In this document: positions 1 to 9,063 of the stretch, piece by piece | Layout of the letters: each line of letters starts with the position of its first letter | Position numbering within the stretch: the stretch's first letter is position 1 | Source of the DNA: Candidatus Latescibacterota bacterium | Lineage (GTDB): Bacteria > Latescibacterota > UBA2968 > UBA8231 | Assembly (NCBI GenBank): GCA_965197905.1 | Contig: CBDAOB010000005.1 | Coordinates: 1-64,000, forward strand | DNA length: 64,000 nt | Direction of reading: 5' to 3' | Translations under genes and position numbers: made by a program | Notes under the pieces: generated by a model | Databases searched by the model: none | What the model was told of the DNA's origin: nothing | Seen by the model: only the letters and a program-made list of their open reading frames with translations

Positions 1-2
1 GG

Positions 3-872
3 ACCAACCGGACCATCGGCTATGGCCTGCAGAATTCGGACGAGATGCAGTTCGTGTTCTTCATCTACTACACCGACACCACGGCGGGGCCCGCGGCCTT
101 GATCGAAACCGAGTTACCGGTGCTGGATGATGGCCCTGGAGCGGGCTGGCAGATCAATACGACCGCGGCCACCCATCTGGGAACGAAGGAGCCCGGTTAT
201 CGTGGGGCCGCAAACGCCTTCAACGCCATGCCCGCAGGCCGCGGACGCACCTGGTTTGTCAGCTTCGATGCGGAGAGTCCGGTGACACCTTACGGGTATG
301 AGATGTTGAGATTCGCTTTCCACCCAGGACAAGCCGAGCTCGGGCCGGACGACCGATTCTCCCTACACATCGGGGGTGATACGATCGATCTGCTCGAATC
401 CGATTTCATCGACCCCAACATCTCGGGTTGGCAGGTGGCAGAGGTACCCCTGCACGATCGCGAGCTGAGCCAGATAAAGCGCGTCGGTTTGGGGGGGACC
501 TGGGCGGGTACCTTTTACCTCGATGACATGCACTTCGCCGGCTACCGGCGCACAGTAGTTTCGGAGGTGTTGCGGCCCGACGACGCTCTTCCGCAATCGC
601 TTCGACTGGAACCGAATTTCCCCAATCCTTTCAACAGTCGAACTGAGATCCGCTTCTCGCTCGCTCATCCTGCAGAAGTTGTGCTCGAGCTATTCGACGT
701 GACCGGGCAGAAGGTCAGAACCTTGACGCGTGGTACACGGGGAGCCGGTACCCACCGCGTTCGATGGGACGGTCGCAACAAGCTGGGTCGAGAAATGTCT
801 AGCGGGGTCTACCTCTATCGACTTCGCACCGACGCCGGCGCGGAAACGCGCAAACTGCTGTTGCTTCGCTAG
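3..872 (+). CDS. 3' part of a secreted protein: CBM-like domain plus FlgD-Ig/T9SS-type C-terminal domain (5' end outside window)
   Basis: Frame is open from position 3 (TNRTIGYGLQNSDEMQFVFFIYY, reminiscent of a Cu-monooxygenase C-terminal 'DEM' motif). Contains LRFAF...WQVAEVPL...GTFYLDD and ends PNFPNPFN...YLYRL...TRKLLLLR. Confidence 0.75.
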   Translation, partial: TNRTIGYGLQNSDEMQFVFFIYYTDTTAGPAALIETELPVLDDGPGAGWQINTTAATHLGTKEPGYRGAANAFNAMPAGRGRTWFVSFDAESPVTPYGYEMLRFAFHPGQAELGPDDRFSLHIGGDTIDLLESDFIDPNISGWQVAEVPLHDRELSQIKRVGLGGTWAGTFYLDDMHFAGYRRTVVSEVLRPDDALPQSLRLEPNFPNPFNSRTEIRFSLAHPAEVVLELFDVTGQKVRTLTRGTRGAGTHRVRWDGRNKLGREMSSGVYLYRLRTDAGAETRKLLLLR

Positions 873-929
873 CGCGGTACACGTCGCGCATCCCCAATGA
901 ACTCATGATACCTGTGGCCGCAGACCGCC

Positions 930-1952
930 TCAGTCTTTCCAGCGGACGACCCCCATATGATAGCGCTGATGATCGAGAATGCGTTGACAATAATAGGCGG
1001 TGACGATGGTGCCGTCTTCCAGCTGCACACTGGCAGGATACCCGCCGTCGGTCCCCTGGGGGGAGGCGTTGGCGATCTTTACGTTGGTGCTGAACAGCAC
1101 CCGTGGCGGATCCCAGCTGATGCCTTCGTCGTTGCTGATGCGGGCGCAGACGCCCAACATTCCACTGTTACGCACGCCGTAACTGAGCAGAATCGAGCCA
1201 TCCTGCAACTGACATAGATGCGCCGGCATATGCCGCGGCATCGAAGCTGAACCGCGACAGGTCCAGGTTTGGCCACAGTCCTCGGAAGCAAATATCACCG
1301 TATCCCCAACCGGACGGGTCCGACCCGCCGCCAGCAGCCTGCCATCTCCCAAGTGCAGCAGGTCGGTTTCGTTGCAGGTGTCGGCTTTGATGAGACGAGC
1401 ATCGCCCCAGGTGCGGCCGTCATCCTCGCTGAAGTAGATCCAGGCGCTGTCCACACCCTCCTCCATCGCATAGCACGAAACGCCAAGGCGTCCCTCTGGA
1501 AGTTTCACCACATCTCCGAAGGGAATGGCGCTCGTGACACCCTTGGGGTAGTTGATGCCTGGCGCGCTGGTCCACGTTTTGCACCCATCTTCTGAGCGAC
1601 AAACTACGGCCTCCCGGTCGCCCTGCTCATCCGGGGTCCGGGGGCGGTCGAGAATGACACCCTTGGGTGGCGCAAATTTGCGGCCAGCAACCAGGACGAC
1701 GTAGGTGTCTTCGTGGGTCAGACCGGCGGCCAGATCTCCTCGGCACGTTCCCGGTTCGTTGTCAGCCGGCACGGAGAGATACGACCAGAGTTGGCCGCCA
1801 TCGCGGCTGATCCAGCACTCCGAGGATCCTTCCCAGAGCTGGTGACAGGGCTCGCCGAAGATCGCCGCAACGATACTGCCGTCGGGCATGAGAGTGAGGT
1901 TTGGCCAGGCGCATTTGTTGTCGATGGCGATGTAGCGTTCGAGGATGTCCAT
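930..1952 (-). CDS. Sialidase-like BNR/Asp-box beta-propeller protein
   Basis: Five Asp-boxes (SRDGGQLW, SEDGCKTW, SEDDGRTW, SEDCGQTW, SNDEGISW) and the C-terminal DGGYP...DGTIVTAYY motif. Confidence 0.85.
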   Translation of the reverse strand: MDILERYIAIDNKCAWPNLTLMPDGSIVAAIFGEPCHQLWEGSSECWISRDGGQLWSYLSVPADNEPGTCRGDLAAGLTHEDTYVVLVAGRKFAPPKGVILDRPRTPDEQGDREAVVCRSEDGCKTWTSAPGINYPKGVTSAIPFGDVVKLPEGRLGVSCYAMEEGVDSAWIYFSEDDGRTWGDARLIKADTCNETDLLHLGDGRLLAAGRTRPVGDTVIFASEDCGQTWTCRGSASMPRHMPAHLCQLQDGSILLSYGVRNSGMLGVCARISNDEGISWDPPRVLFSTNVKIANASPQGTDGGYPASVQLEDGTIVTAYYCQRILDHQRYHMGVVRWKD

Positions 1953-2015
1953 GGGTGCCTTTCAGAGAATCAGGATTCAGTAGAAAACTCATCCATTGCT
2001 TTAATCAGGTGACTG

Positions 2016-2423
2016 CTATTTCGCTCCGTCCTGCGTATGTGGTGGATGTGCGGTCTTCTCGTCGTTCAGAACTTCAGCCAGCTGTTCCAACGCGTCCCAT
2101 GCAGCGGGGAAACCAGCATAGGCCGCGACTTGAAAAATCGCTTCAAAAATTTCCGGAATTTTCGCTCCGTTGCGCAGCGCCATCTGAAAATTCAGCCGCA
2201 GGGCATTCTGACGTCCCAACGCGGCCAGGACGCAGATACTGCAAAGTGATCTCGTCTTGAGATCGATACCGCCGCGCGTCCATATTCTCCCGCCAACAAC
2301 GGCAACAACCTCCTTCTCAAAATCTGGACACACAGACCGAAAACGCGACACCAGGGACTCGATATTCTCTTCGCCGACCATCTTGGAAAACTGTTCATAA
2401 CCGTTTTCGTAATCTGTACTCAT
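2016..2423 (-). CDS. Carboxymuconolactone decarboxylase (CMD/AhpD-like) family protein
   Basis: IWTRGGIDLKTRSL...LAALG...ALRNG...EI...QVAAYAGFPAA matches the CMD family pattern. Confidence 0.85.
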   Translation of the reverse strand: MSTDYENGYEQFSKMVGEENIESLVSRFRSVCPDFEKEVVAVVGGRIWTRGGIDLKTRSLCSICVLAALGRQNALRLNFQMALRNGAKIPEIFEAIFQVAAYAGFPAAWDALEQLAEVLNDEKTAHPPHTQDGAK

Positions 2424-2607
2424 TCCGCTCCTCCGGCATGATGGACTCGGAACCCAAGTGCGCCGCGATGCACGCCGCCGTCACCGACGCCTCGTGATGC
2501 TCGGGCCGCAGCACCACGTTGTTCGGAAAATGTCTGGGCTGGTGCAGCTTGCGCGCCAGGTTCTCGATCCGTTCGACATGGCTGTCATCGAAAAACAGGT
2601 ATTTCAA
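2420..2607 (-). pseudogene. Chimeric remnant: N-terminus of a beta-propeller hydrolase-like gene joined to the C-terminus of an FGE-sulfatase-like gene
   Basis: 5' part reads MKYLFFDDSHVERIENLARKLHQP...VLRPEH. After ~2497 another frame reads ASRGVGDGGVHRGALGFRVHHAGGAE*, and its TGA overlaps the next gene's ATG. Confidence 0.55.
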
Positions 2608-2626
2608 GGGCAGCTCACGTGGTCTG

Positions 2627-4159
2627 TTAACTCACATAGACCGCAAACAACCGCGGATCTTCGAGTCTCACGCCGCCCCACTTGACCTGCACCCGAATCG
2701 GCTGGTCGAACTTCTCCAGTGTTTCCTTGCCGCGCCATTTCACCTGTTGCCTGAGGCCCGATTCGCTCACCGGAATACAGTCGTCCCCTGAATAGCCGGG
2801 CACAGGGCGGAACTGCTTGTCGAGAAGCGACACCTGTAATTCGGCGTGCTCTCCCAACCGATCCGCATTCACGTAGAGTTTCTTGCCTTCACTTTCCAAC
2901 TCGACGGGGCAGGAGATGCAGTGGGGATCGTGCTCGCCGGCCTGGGAGCCGTAGTTGGGCGGGCAGGGCGCGATCCAGCCAAAGCGATCCCTCTCCCAGG
3001 TCGCCACCCAGACCCCCGTCATCGATCTCGGGTTCACAGCGCTCCAAGTGGAGGCCTCTTCACGCCAGATGCTGTACCAGTAGACGGTGCGGTCGCCAAT
3101 GTTCGCCCAGGCATTGCGTTGAATCAGGCGCGGAGCAACGAAGCAGTCGTAGTGGGGGCCGCGGATCTCGTAGGAATGGACCATCTTGAAACCTGGGATT
3201 GGCTCGGTGAAATGCAACGCGTCGTGACTGATGGCGAAGCCCAGGTCGAGGACCACGTCGCGGCGGTCGTTGCTGGCACTGCGGTACTGGCCGTAGAGCC
3301 CCACCAAAAGGTTCCCGCGGCTCCACGTGGCGACACCTTCGTGGATCTGTTCTCCCGAGTGGCCATCGAACGACTCCGGTGCCCGCGGCGGGATCGGATC
3401 CCGCCGCAGACTCATGGCGGCGGCATGGGTCCAGTGGATGAAATCGTAGGAGGCGTAAGTGACCACGATCCGTTTGTTGGCATTCTTGATCGGGTGGGGG
3501 ATGGGACGGTTCATCGGCGACGGACCGCCTTGCCCATTGATGTAATAACAGTCGCCCCATTTGCAGATGTTGCCGGCCTCGATACCGGTGCCGAAGATGT
3601 CGCCGTTCTCGGTGGCGCGTACCCAGTGTAATCCGTCGGCGCTGAATGAGGTACTGGCTCGCATGGCACCCGCACCGGAATAGAACAAGGATTTGAAACG
3701 GCGCTGGGGATCGGGATCCTCGGGGTCGTAGATCATCCATTCGCCACAGGGGCCGGCGACCTTGTTGTTCTCCTTGCTGCCGTTTACCTCGGTCAAACCC
3801 AGGATTGGTCGCTCCCAGTTGAACCCATCCTTGGAGGTGGCGTAGAGGCCTTCGTGCCGTTTGCGGTCGTCGCCGGCGCCGGTGTACCACATGCGGTACT
3901 CCCCGTCGACGAAAAACACTTGGGGACAAATGATCTCGGTGGAGTCGAGCGAGCCGGGCGGGCCATAGGTGAGTACAGGGCCCTCCGGGTGGCGATCGTC
4001 CATGTCGATGTTGTGGCCGTAATCCATCTCCGCCTTGTTGGTGCGGCCAGACTGCAGGTTGAGGATAAGGTCGCGCTGGAAAGGCATGCTCCTGGCATCG
4101 AACGGAAAGAGTACCGCCTCGTCGATGGACCGTGGTGTGATTCCGTTTAGGACGTTCAT
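2627..4159 (-). CDS. Uncharacterised glycoside-hydrolase-like (five-bladed beta-propeller type) protein, paralog 1
   Basis: DGEYRMWY, YATSKDGFNWERP, SADGLHW, ISHDALHF motifs and a C-terminal beta-sandwich (VPGYSGDDC). No signal peptide seen. Confidence 0.65.
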   Translation of the reverse strand: MNVLNGITPRSIDEAVLFPFDARSMPFQRDLILNLQSGRTNKAEMDYGHNIDMDDRHPEGPVLTYGPPGSLDSTEIICPQVFFVDGEYRMWYTGAGDDRKRHEGLYATSKDGFNWERPILGLTEVNGSKENNKVAGPCGEWMIYDPEDPDPQRRFKSLFYSGAGAMRASTSFSADGLHWVRATENGDIFGTGIEAGNICKWGDCYYINGQGGPSPMNRPIPHPIKNANKRIVVTYASYDFIHWTHAAAMSLRRDPIPPRAPESFDGHSGEQIHEGVATWSRGNLLVGLYGQYRSASNDRRDVVLDLGFAISHDALHFTEPIPGFKMVHSYEIRGPHYDCFVAPRLIQRNAWANIGDRTVYWYSIWREEASTWSAVNPRSMTGVWVATWERDRFGWIAPCPPNYGSQAGEHDPHCISCPVELESEGKKLYVNADRLGEHAELQVSLLDKQFRPVPGYSGDDCIPVSESGLRQQVKWRGKETLEKFDQPIRVQVKWGGVRLEDPRLFAVYVS

Positions 4160-4174
4160 CGTAGCGTAATTCCT

Positions 4175-5698
4175 TTAATTGACGTAGACGGCGAAGAGAC
4201 GGGCATCCTCCGGGCGCAACCCCTCCCAGTTGACGCGAACACGGACGGGGTGGCCGAACCTCTCGAGCTTGTCTTTGTCGCGCCAGCGCACCGGCAGGCG
4301 CAATCCCGGTTTCCCCAGCAGAATGCAGTCATCTCCCGAATAGCCGGGGATCGGGCGAAACTCCCGATCCAGCAGCTCGACGCGGAGCTGACTGTGTTCG
4401 TTGAGCCGGTCTGCATTGACGAATACCTCGCCCTCGCCGTCGAGCTCCACCGGGCAGGTGACGAAGTGCGGTTCGTAATCGCCGGCCCCCCAGCTGATGT
4501 CGCGCTCGCACGGTTTGAAGAAACCGAGTCGATCCCGTTCCCAGGTGGCCACCCATACCTGCGCCAGCGAGCGCGGGTTGTCCAGAGACCATAACCCGTC
4601 GTGCCAGACGGAGGACTCCTCGCGCCAGACGCTGAACCAGATCACCGTGCGGTCGCCGATGGTAGCCCAGGAATTGTGCATCAGTCGGGGTGCCGCGAAC
4701 CCTTTGCCCTCGGGTCCTCTGATCTCGTAGGAGTGCACCATCTGGAAGTCGGGGATCGGTTCCTTGAAATGCAGAGCGTCGTGGCTGATGGCGAAACCGA
4801 GGTCCACCGCCACGTCGCGGCGATCGTTGCTGGGGCCGTGGTACTGGCCGTAGAGACTGAGCAGCACATTGCCGCGATTCCACGGCACCATGCCTTCGTG
4901 GATCTGTTCGCCGGCATGGCATTCGAAATTTTCCGGTGCCTCCGGGGGTATCGGGTCGCGGCGAAAGCTGTTCGCCGGAGCGTGGGTCCAGTTCTTCAGG
5001 TCGTAGGAAGCAAAGGTTATGACCGTACGTTTGGAAGCGAGGGAGATCGGGTGGGGCAGCGATCGGGTCCAGGCCGAGGGACCGTTCTGGCCGTTGATGT
5101 AATAACAGCCATCCCACTTGTAGATCGAGGCGATCTCCATATGGATCCCGCCGAACACCCGCCGGTTCTCGCCGGTTGAGGTCCAGTGCAGGCCATCTTT
5201 ACTGACGGAGGTGTTCTCGCCGTTGCTGCTGACCGATTTAAACGGGTATTCTTCGTCTTCCGGTTCGTGGAATACCCACTCGCCGCACGCCTCTTCCACC
5301 AGGTTGTTGTTGGTGTTCCCATTCATCTCCCTCAACCCCAGGTTAGGTTTCTCCCAGTTGAAACCGTCTTTGGAGGTGGCGTAGAGCCCGGTGCGCCGCT
5401 TGCGATTGTCATCGGCACCCAGGTAGTACATGCGGTACTCGCCATCGACGTAGAACACGTTGGGGCTCAGGACCTCGGTGGAATCGGGAGACCCGGGAGG
5501 GCCGTAGGTGACCACCGGGCCTTCCGGGTGACGATCGTCCATATCGATGTTGTGCCCGTAGTCCATCTCGGCTTTGTTGGTGCGGCCGGACTGCAGGTTT
5601 AGAAGCAGGTCGCGGGTGAACGGCACGCTGCATTCGTCAAAGGGAAAGAGCACCGCTTCATCGACGTTATCGATGGTGCTCGTGTTCAGTACGCGCAT
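4175..5698 (-). CDS. Uncharacterised glycoside-hydrolase-like beta-propeller protein, paralog 2
   Basis: Colinear, full-length paralog of 2627..4159 with the same motifs. Confidence 0.65.
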   Translation of the reverse strand: MRVLNTSTIDNVDEAVLFPFDECSVPFTRDLLLNLQSGRTNKAEMDYGHNIDMDDRHPEGPVVTYGPPGSPDSTEVLSPNVFYVDGEYRMYYLGADDNRKRRTGLYATSKDGFNWEKPNLGLREMNGNTNNNLVEEACGEWVFHEPEDEEYPFKSVSSNGENTSVSKDGLHWTSTGENRRVFGGIHMEIASIYKWDGCYYINGQNGPSAWTRSLPHPISLASKRTVITFASYDLKNWTHAPANSFRRDPIPPEAPENFECHAGEQIHEGMVPWNRGNVLLSLYGQYHGPSNDRRDVAVDLGFAISHDALHFKEPIPDFQMVHSYEIRGPEGKGFAAPRLMHNSWATIGDRTVIWFSVWREESSVWHDGLWSLDNPRSLAQVWVATWERDRLGFFKPCERDISWGAGDYEPHFVTCPVELDGEGEVFVNADRLNEHSQLRVELLDREFRPIPGYSGDDCILLGKPGLRLPVRWRDKDKLERFGHPVRVRVNWEGLRPEDARLFAVYVN

Positions 5699-5927
5699 CG
5701 ACGGACTCCGATCTTGTCAGATTCTACGATCGCCGGCAGTTGCCGGCACGGTACCATGATTCTCGTGGATTTCGGGTTTGGCGGGCAATCTTTGCCCCAA
5801 CTCCGGTCGAAAACAACAGCAATCCACCAGCTGAGTTCAAGTACGGTCCATGGCCGGTGACTCAGATTATCTCTATGTTGATGGCGCATTTCGAACCGCT
5901 GGCGGTCCCCGGAAGAAATGCTCGCTT

Positions 5928-6995
5928 ATGCCATCAAGTGACATCGAATCTGTAACCCCCGACTCCGGCTTCCACCTCCCCAAGGAGAGGATCTATCGTG
6001 GATTACGGTATTGCGCCATCCTCACCGTGGCAGGTCTCGCCGTATTGTTCTACGCCACGGCAACGCGGCAAACCGTGGAGGCGCTCCGCCATCTGGACGT
6101 GCAGTTCATCCTGTTGGCGGCGGCTCTCAAAGGGGTCGACGTCGGATTGGGGGCATGGCGCACCTTTCTGCTGGTGCGCCGATTGAAACCGGGCATATCG
6201 CCATTGCTGTGTATCCGGGGGCAACTGGCCAACGAGTTCGGCGCCGCTGCCACCCCGGGCCAGAGTGGCGGAGGTCCAGCTTGGATCTACATCATGTACC
6301 GCGGGGGGATTCCTATTTCCGGCGCCGTGGCCAGCAGTGTCCTCATCTTCTTATCGACGCTGGCTTTCTTTCTGGTGGCGACCGTTCTGTCGCTGGCGGC
6401 ATTGGACGATCTGCTCAGCGAGCAGCCACCCATCTCGTGGCTGCGCTACGGCTTTCTGGTTTGCACTGGATTGTTCTGCGCTCTCTTCTTCAGCCTGTGG
6501 AAGCCCCACATGGTAGAAAGCGCTATCGAGGCGGGGATTCGAATCGCCCGTCGCAAGCCGGGCCGCTGGCGCGACCGTCTGGTCCGTTGGGGCGAAGGGC
6601 TCGAAGGCTCCATCCACAAGTATCAGGAACACGGATTGGTGTTGTGGCGCGAACACCGTTCGTCCGTCGTGGCAAGCTTCGTGATCACCAGTTTCTACTA
6701 TCTGAACCGGCTGAACCTTTCCTACTTCCTCTTGCGAGGCCTGGGTCTGGAAGTTGATTACCTCACCGCCCTGGCTCTCCTGGCGCTGCTGCGCTTTGCG
6801 TTATATTTCATCCCGACTCCTGGCGGCAGCGGCGTAGGGGAAGTTACCATCGGCGCCATCATGGCCACCGTGATGCCATTGCATCTATTGCCTATCTACG
6901 CTGTGTTGTACCGCGCCTTCCATCTCTTCCTGCCAGCCACATTGGGCGCCTGGGTACTCATCACGGAGCTGAAAGCCGGCGGCAAGAAGCACTAG
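5928..6995 (+). CDS. Lysylphosphatidylglycerol synthase TM-domain (UPF0104 / flippase-like) membrane protein
   Basis: Multiple TM helices with TPGQSGGGP and PTPGGSGVGE motifs. Start codon uncertain. Confidence 0.85.
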   Translation: MPSSDIESVTPDSGFHLPKERIYRGLRYCAILTVAGLAVLFYATATRQTVEALRHLDVQFILLAAALKGVDVGLGAWRTFLLVRRLKPGISPLLCIRGQLANEFGAAATPGQSGGGPAWIYIMYRGGIPISGAVASSVLIFLSTLAFFLVATVLSLAALDDLLSEQPPISWLRYGFLVCTGLFCALFFSLWKPHMVESAIEAGIRIARRKPGRWRDRLVRWGEGLEGSIHKYQEHGLVLWREHRSSVVASFVITSFYYLNRLNLSYFLLRGLGLEVDYLTALALLALLRFALYFIPTPGGSGVGEVTIGAIMATVMPLHLLPIYAVLYRAFHLFLPATLGAWVLITELKAGGKKH

Positions 6996-7159
6996 TGCCC
7001 TGTATCGAAAATATGCCTGTATTAATTCGCCGATTCATCCCGCTCTGCTGCATTACGCTCACTCGGCGTATTTCACCAATACGCCTCGATCGCGTGCCTT
7101 GCAGACCGGGCGACTCGTTGCCCTCATTTCACAAGCCTACTTCCGATACAGGGCACTAG
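6992..7159. mobile_element. MITE-like non-coding element, 168 bp, CTAG-bounded
   Basis: Terminal inverted repeat CTAGTGCCCTGTATCG is perfect for 16 bp and 25/29 overall. Internal hairpin GGCGTATT-tcacc-AATACGCC. No ORF; lies between convergent genes. Confidence 0.75.
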
Positions 7160-7176
7160 GTAACTCGATCAGGCCC

Positions 7177-7995
7177 CTACTCACCTACTAGATCGATTAC
7201 CACCTGTTTCCGGTCTCCTTTGAGCCCCTTCTCTTTGATGCTCATCAGCTCCACAGTTTCCGGATCGAGCTCGATACCCGCAGCCTTCGCCATCTGCAAG
7301 TCTTCCTCGTAACCGGCGCGGTAATAATCCTGCGGGGTAAAGCCGTAAAACATGACCACGCGATCGCGATCGGTCGGTTGCCATTTGTGCGCTGCGTGTA
7401 CCAACCTCAAGGGCATGATGATCATGTCGCCGGCATTGGCGGTCACCGTTATCGCCCCCTCCATGTCCAGGGGATACGGATTCTCTTTCGGATAGTAAAA
7501 CTCCGATTTGTGGGACCCAGGGATGATGACCAACCCTCCGTCCCCAGGACGAACGTCGGTCAGGTAGAGGAAACAGGAGAACAGATCGCAGAATATGGAT
7601 TTGGTGCCGTAGTTGCCGAAGAAACCGGGGGCATCTTCAACTCGATAGCGGTCGATTTCCTTCTGACAGTGGAATTTATGGTCGGAGTGTTTGGCCCCGT
7701 TCACCATCATCAGGCCGCCGTGCAGGCGGGGCATGTTGTTTAACAGGGCACAGGCGTACCCCAGAATCCGCGGGTTCCGGGGTAGCCGTTCCAGCGTCTT
7801 GTCGAACATGAACGCGCCGCGATACTTGTCGCCGTACCCGGAATCCTGATACAGTTCTGGGTGCTCCTTGATAACGCGCTGTGAGGCTTCGAACGCCTTC
7901 TCTATCGTCGGTTTGTCCACCACCTGCTCGACCTTGAGATAGCCAAAGGTATCGAAGAAATACAGCTCCTCATCCGTCATACATTTGTCTGCCAT
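7177..7995 (-). CDS. Phytanoyl-CoA dioxygenase (PhyH) family protein
   Basis: FFDTFGYLKVEQV, YLTDVRPGDGGLVIIPGSHK, AGDMIIM...HAA...R motifs. Confidence 0.85.
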   Translation of the reverse strand: MADKCMTDEELYFFDTFGYLKVEQVVDKPTIEKAFEASQRVIKEHPELYQDSGYGDKYRGAFMFDKTLERLPRNPRILGYACALLNNMPRLHGGLMMVNGAKHSDHKFHCQKEIDRYRVEDAPGFFGNYGTKSIFCDLFSCFLYLTDVRPGDGGLVIIPGSHKSEFYYPKENPYPLDMEGAITVTANAGDMIIMPLRLVHAAHKWQPTDRDRVVMFYGFTPQDYYRAGYEEDLQMAKAAGIELDPETVELMSIKEKGLKGDRKQVVIDLVGE

Positions 7996-8029
7996 GGTGT
8001 CCCCTCATTGTTTGGTGGGTGGGCTCGAT

Positions 8030-8953
8030 TCAGGATTGGTTCGTTTCAGGCGCTACGCCACGGCGAATATCTCTTTCGCCCCAGAGCCCAAGCGCCTGGT
8101 TGAGATAGTCCTTACAGGCCTGGGCCGATGATCGCGCTGGGTAACAACTGAAATCGAAATCGTCGGTGATCCAGCCGTCGTATCCGGCAGCCCTCAACAC
8201 GCGGGTGACGGAGTGAAAATCAACAACTCCGCGCCCCAACTCAACCCAGCGACCCCGCGAGTCGATGGTGTAGGCGCCGTCATCGGAGGGCGCCGTTGGG
8301 CCGCCAGGCCACAATTCCCCCCTCGGCCTGCCGTCGAAGGTTACGTCTTTGAAATGAATGGTATCGATGCGGTCCACGTAACGCTCGATCGTTTCGAGGA
8401 CGTCGAAATCCCCCAACGCCAGCTGTCCCAGATCCGGACAGAAACGCACCAGGTCCGGATCGCTAAGTTCCATCAGGCGGTGCAGCGGCGCCTGCACCTC
8501 GAAGATGCTGCCCCAGTGCTGGTGCCAGGACATGGTGAGACCACATGAGCGAGCGTAGCTACCTAGTTCGTTGGCGGTCTCGGCGATCAACTTGATATGA
8601 TCATCGAGTTGAGCGGCCGTGGCCCCCTCCTGTTTTTGCCCGCCGTCCAGGAGGGCGTATTGGGTGCCCAATTCGGCGCTGAAGCGACAACGCCTCTTGA
8701 ATTCCGCAACACCCTGCTCGAGCTGATCCGGTTCGTGGAAGGCGATGCCGGTGTAGTAGCACGACAGCTCCAGATCGTGCATACCCAACAGTTGCCGAAG
8801 CTCGCCGACTTTGCGTTCATACTGGTCGATTAGAAACGGGAAACACATTTCGAAGCCGTCGAACCCAACCAGTGCCAGCTCGTCCAGCATGCGTGGAAAG
8901 TTTTCGAAGTGATCGTCCATCAACCAGAGCTGGGTGCCAAATCCGATCTTCAT
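8030..8953 (-). CDS. Sugar phosphate isomerase/epimerase TIM-barrel protein (IolE-like)
   Basis: GFDGFE, WHQHWGS, PDLGQL, IHFKD, ELGRGVVDF, GYDGWI motifs. Confidence 0.85.
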   Translation of the reverse strand: MKIGFGTQLWLMDDHFENFPRMLDELALVGFDGFEMCFPFLIDQYERKVGELRQLLGMHDLELSCYYTGIAFHEPDQLEQGVAEFKRRCRFSAELGTQYALLDGGQKQEGATAAQLDDHIKLIAETANELGSYARSCGLTMSWHQHWGSIFEVQAPLHRLMELSDPDLVRFCPDLGQLALGDFDVLETIERYVDRIDTIHFKDVTFDGRPRGELWPGGPTAPSDDGAYTIDSRGRWVELGRGVVDFHSVTRVLRAAGYDGWITDDFDFSCYPARSSAQACKDYLNQALGLWGERDIRRGVAPETNQS

Positions 8954-9063
8954 ACACACTCCATTCCCTGCGCGAGAGGCATTGGTGGTTGCTGCGCGCG
9001 TCGAAAATATCTTACAATAGCTGGGCCCAATCCAGGGTAACCGGTAAACGCAGGAGGAGGGGA

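Noticed and set aside
600..872. Claim that the organism has a type IX secretion system
   Set aside because: Only cargo-like tails are visible. No Por/Gld/Spr machinery is in the window, and the tail may simply be a FlgD-Ig domain.
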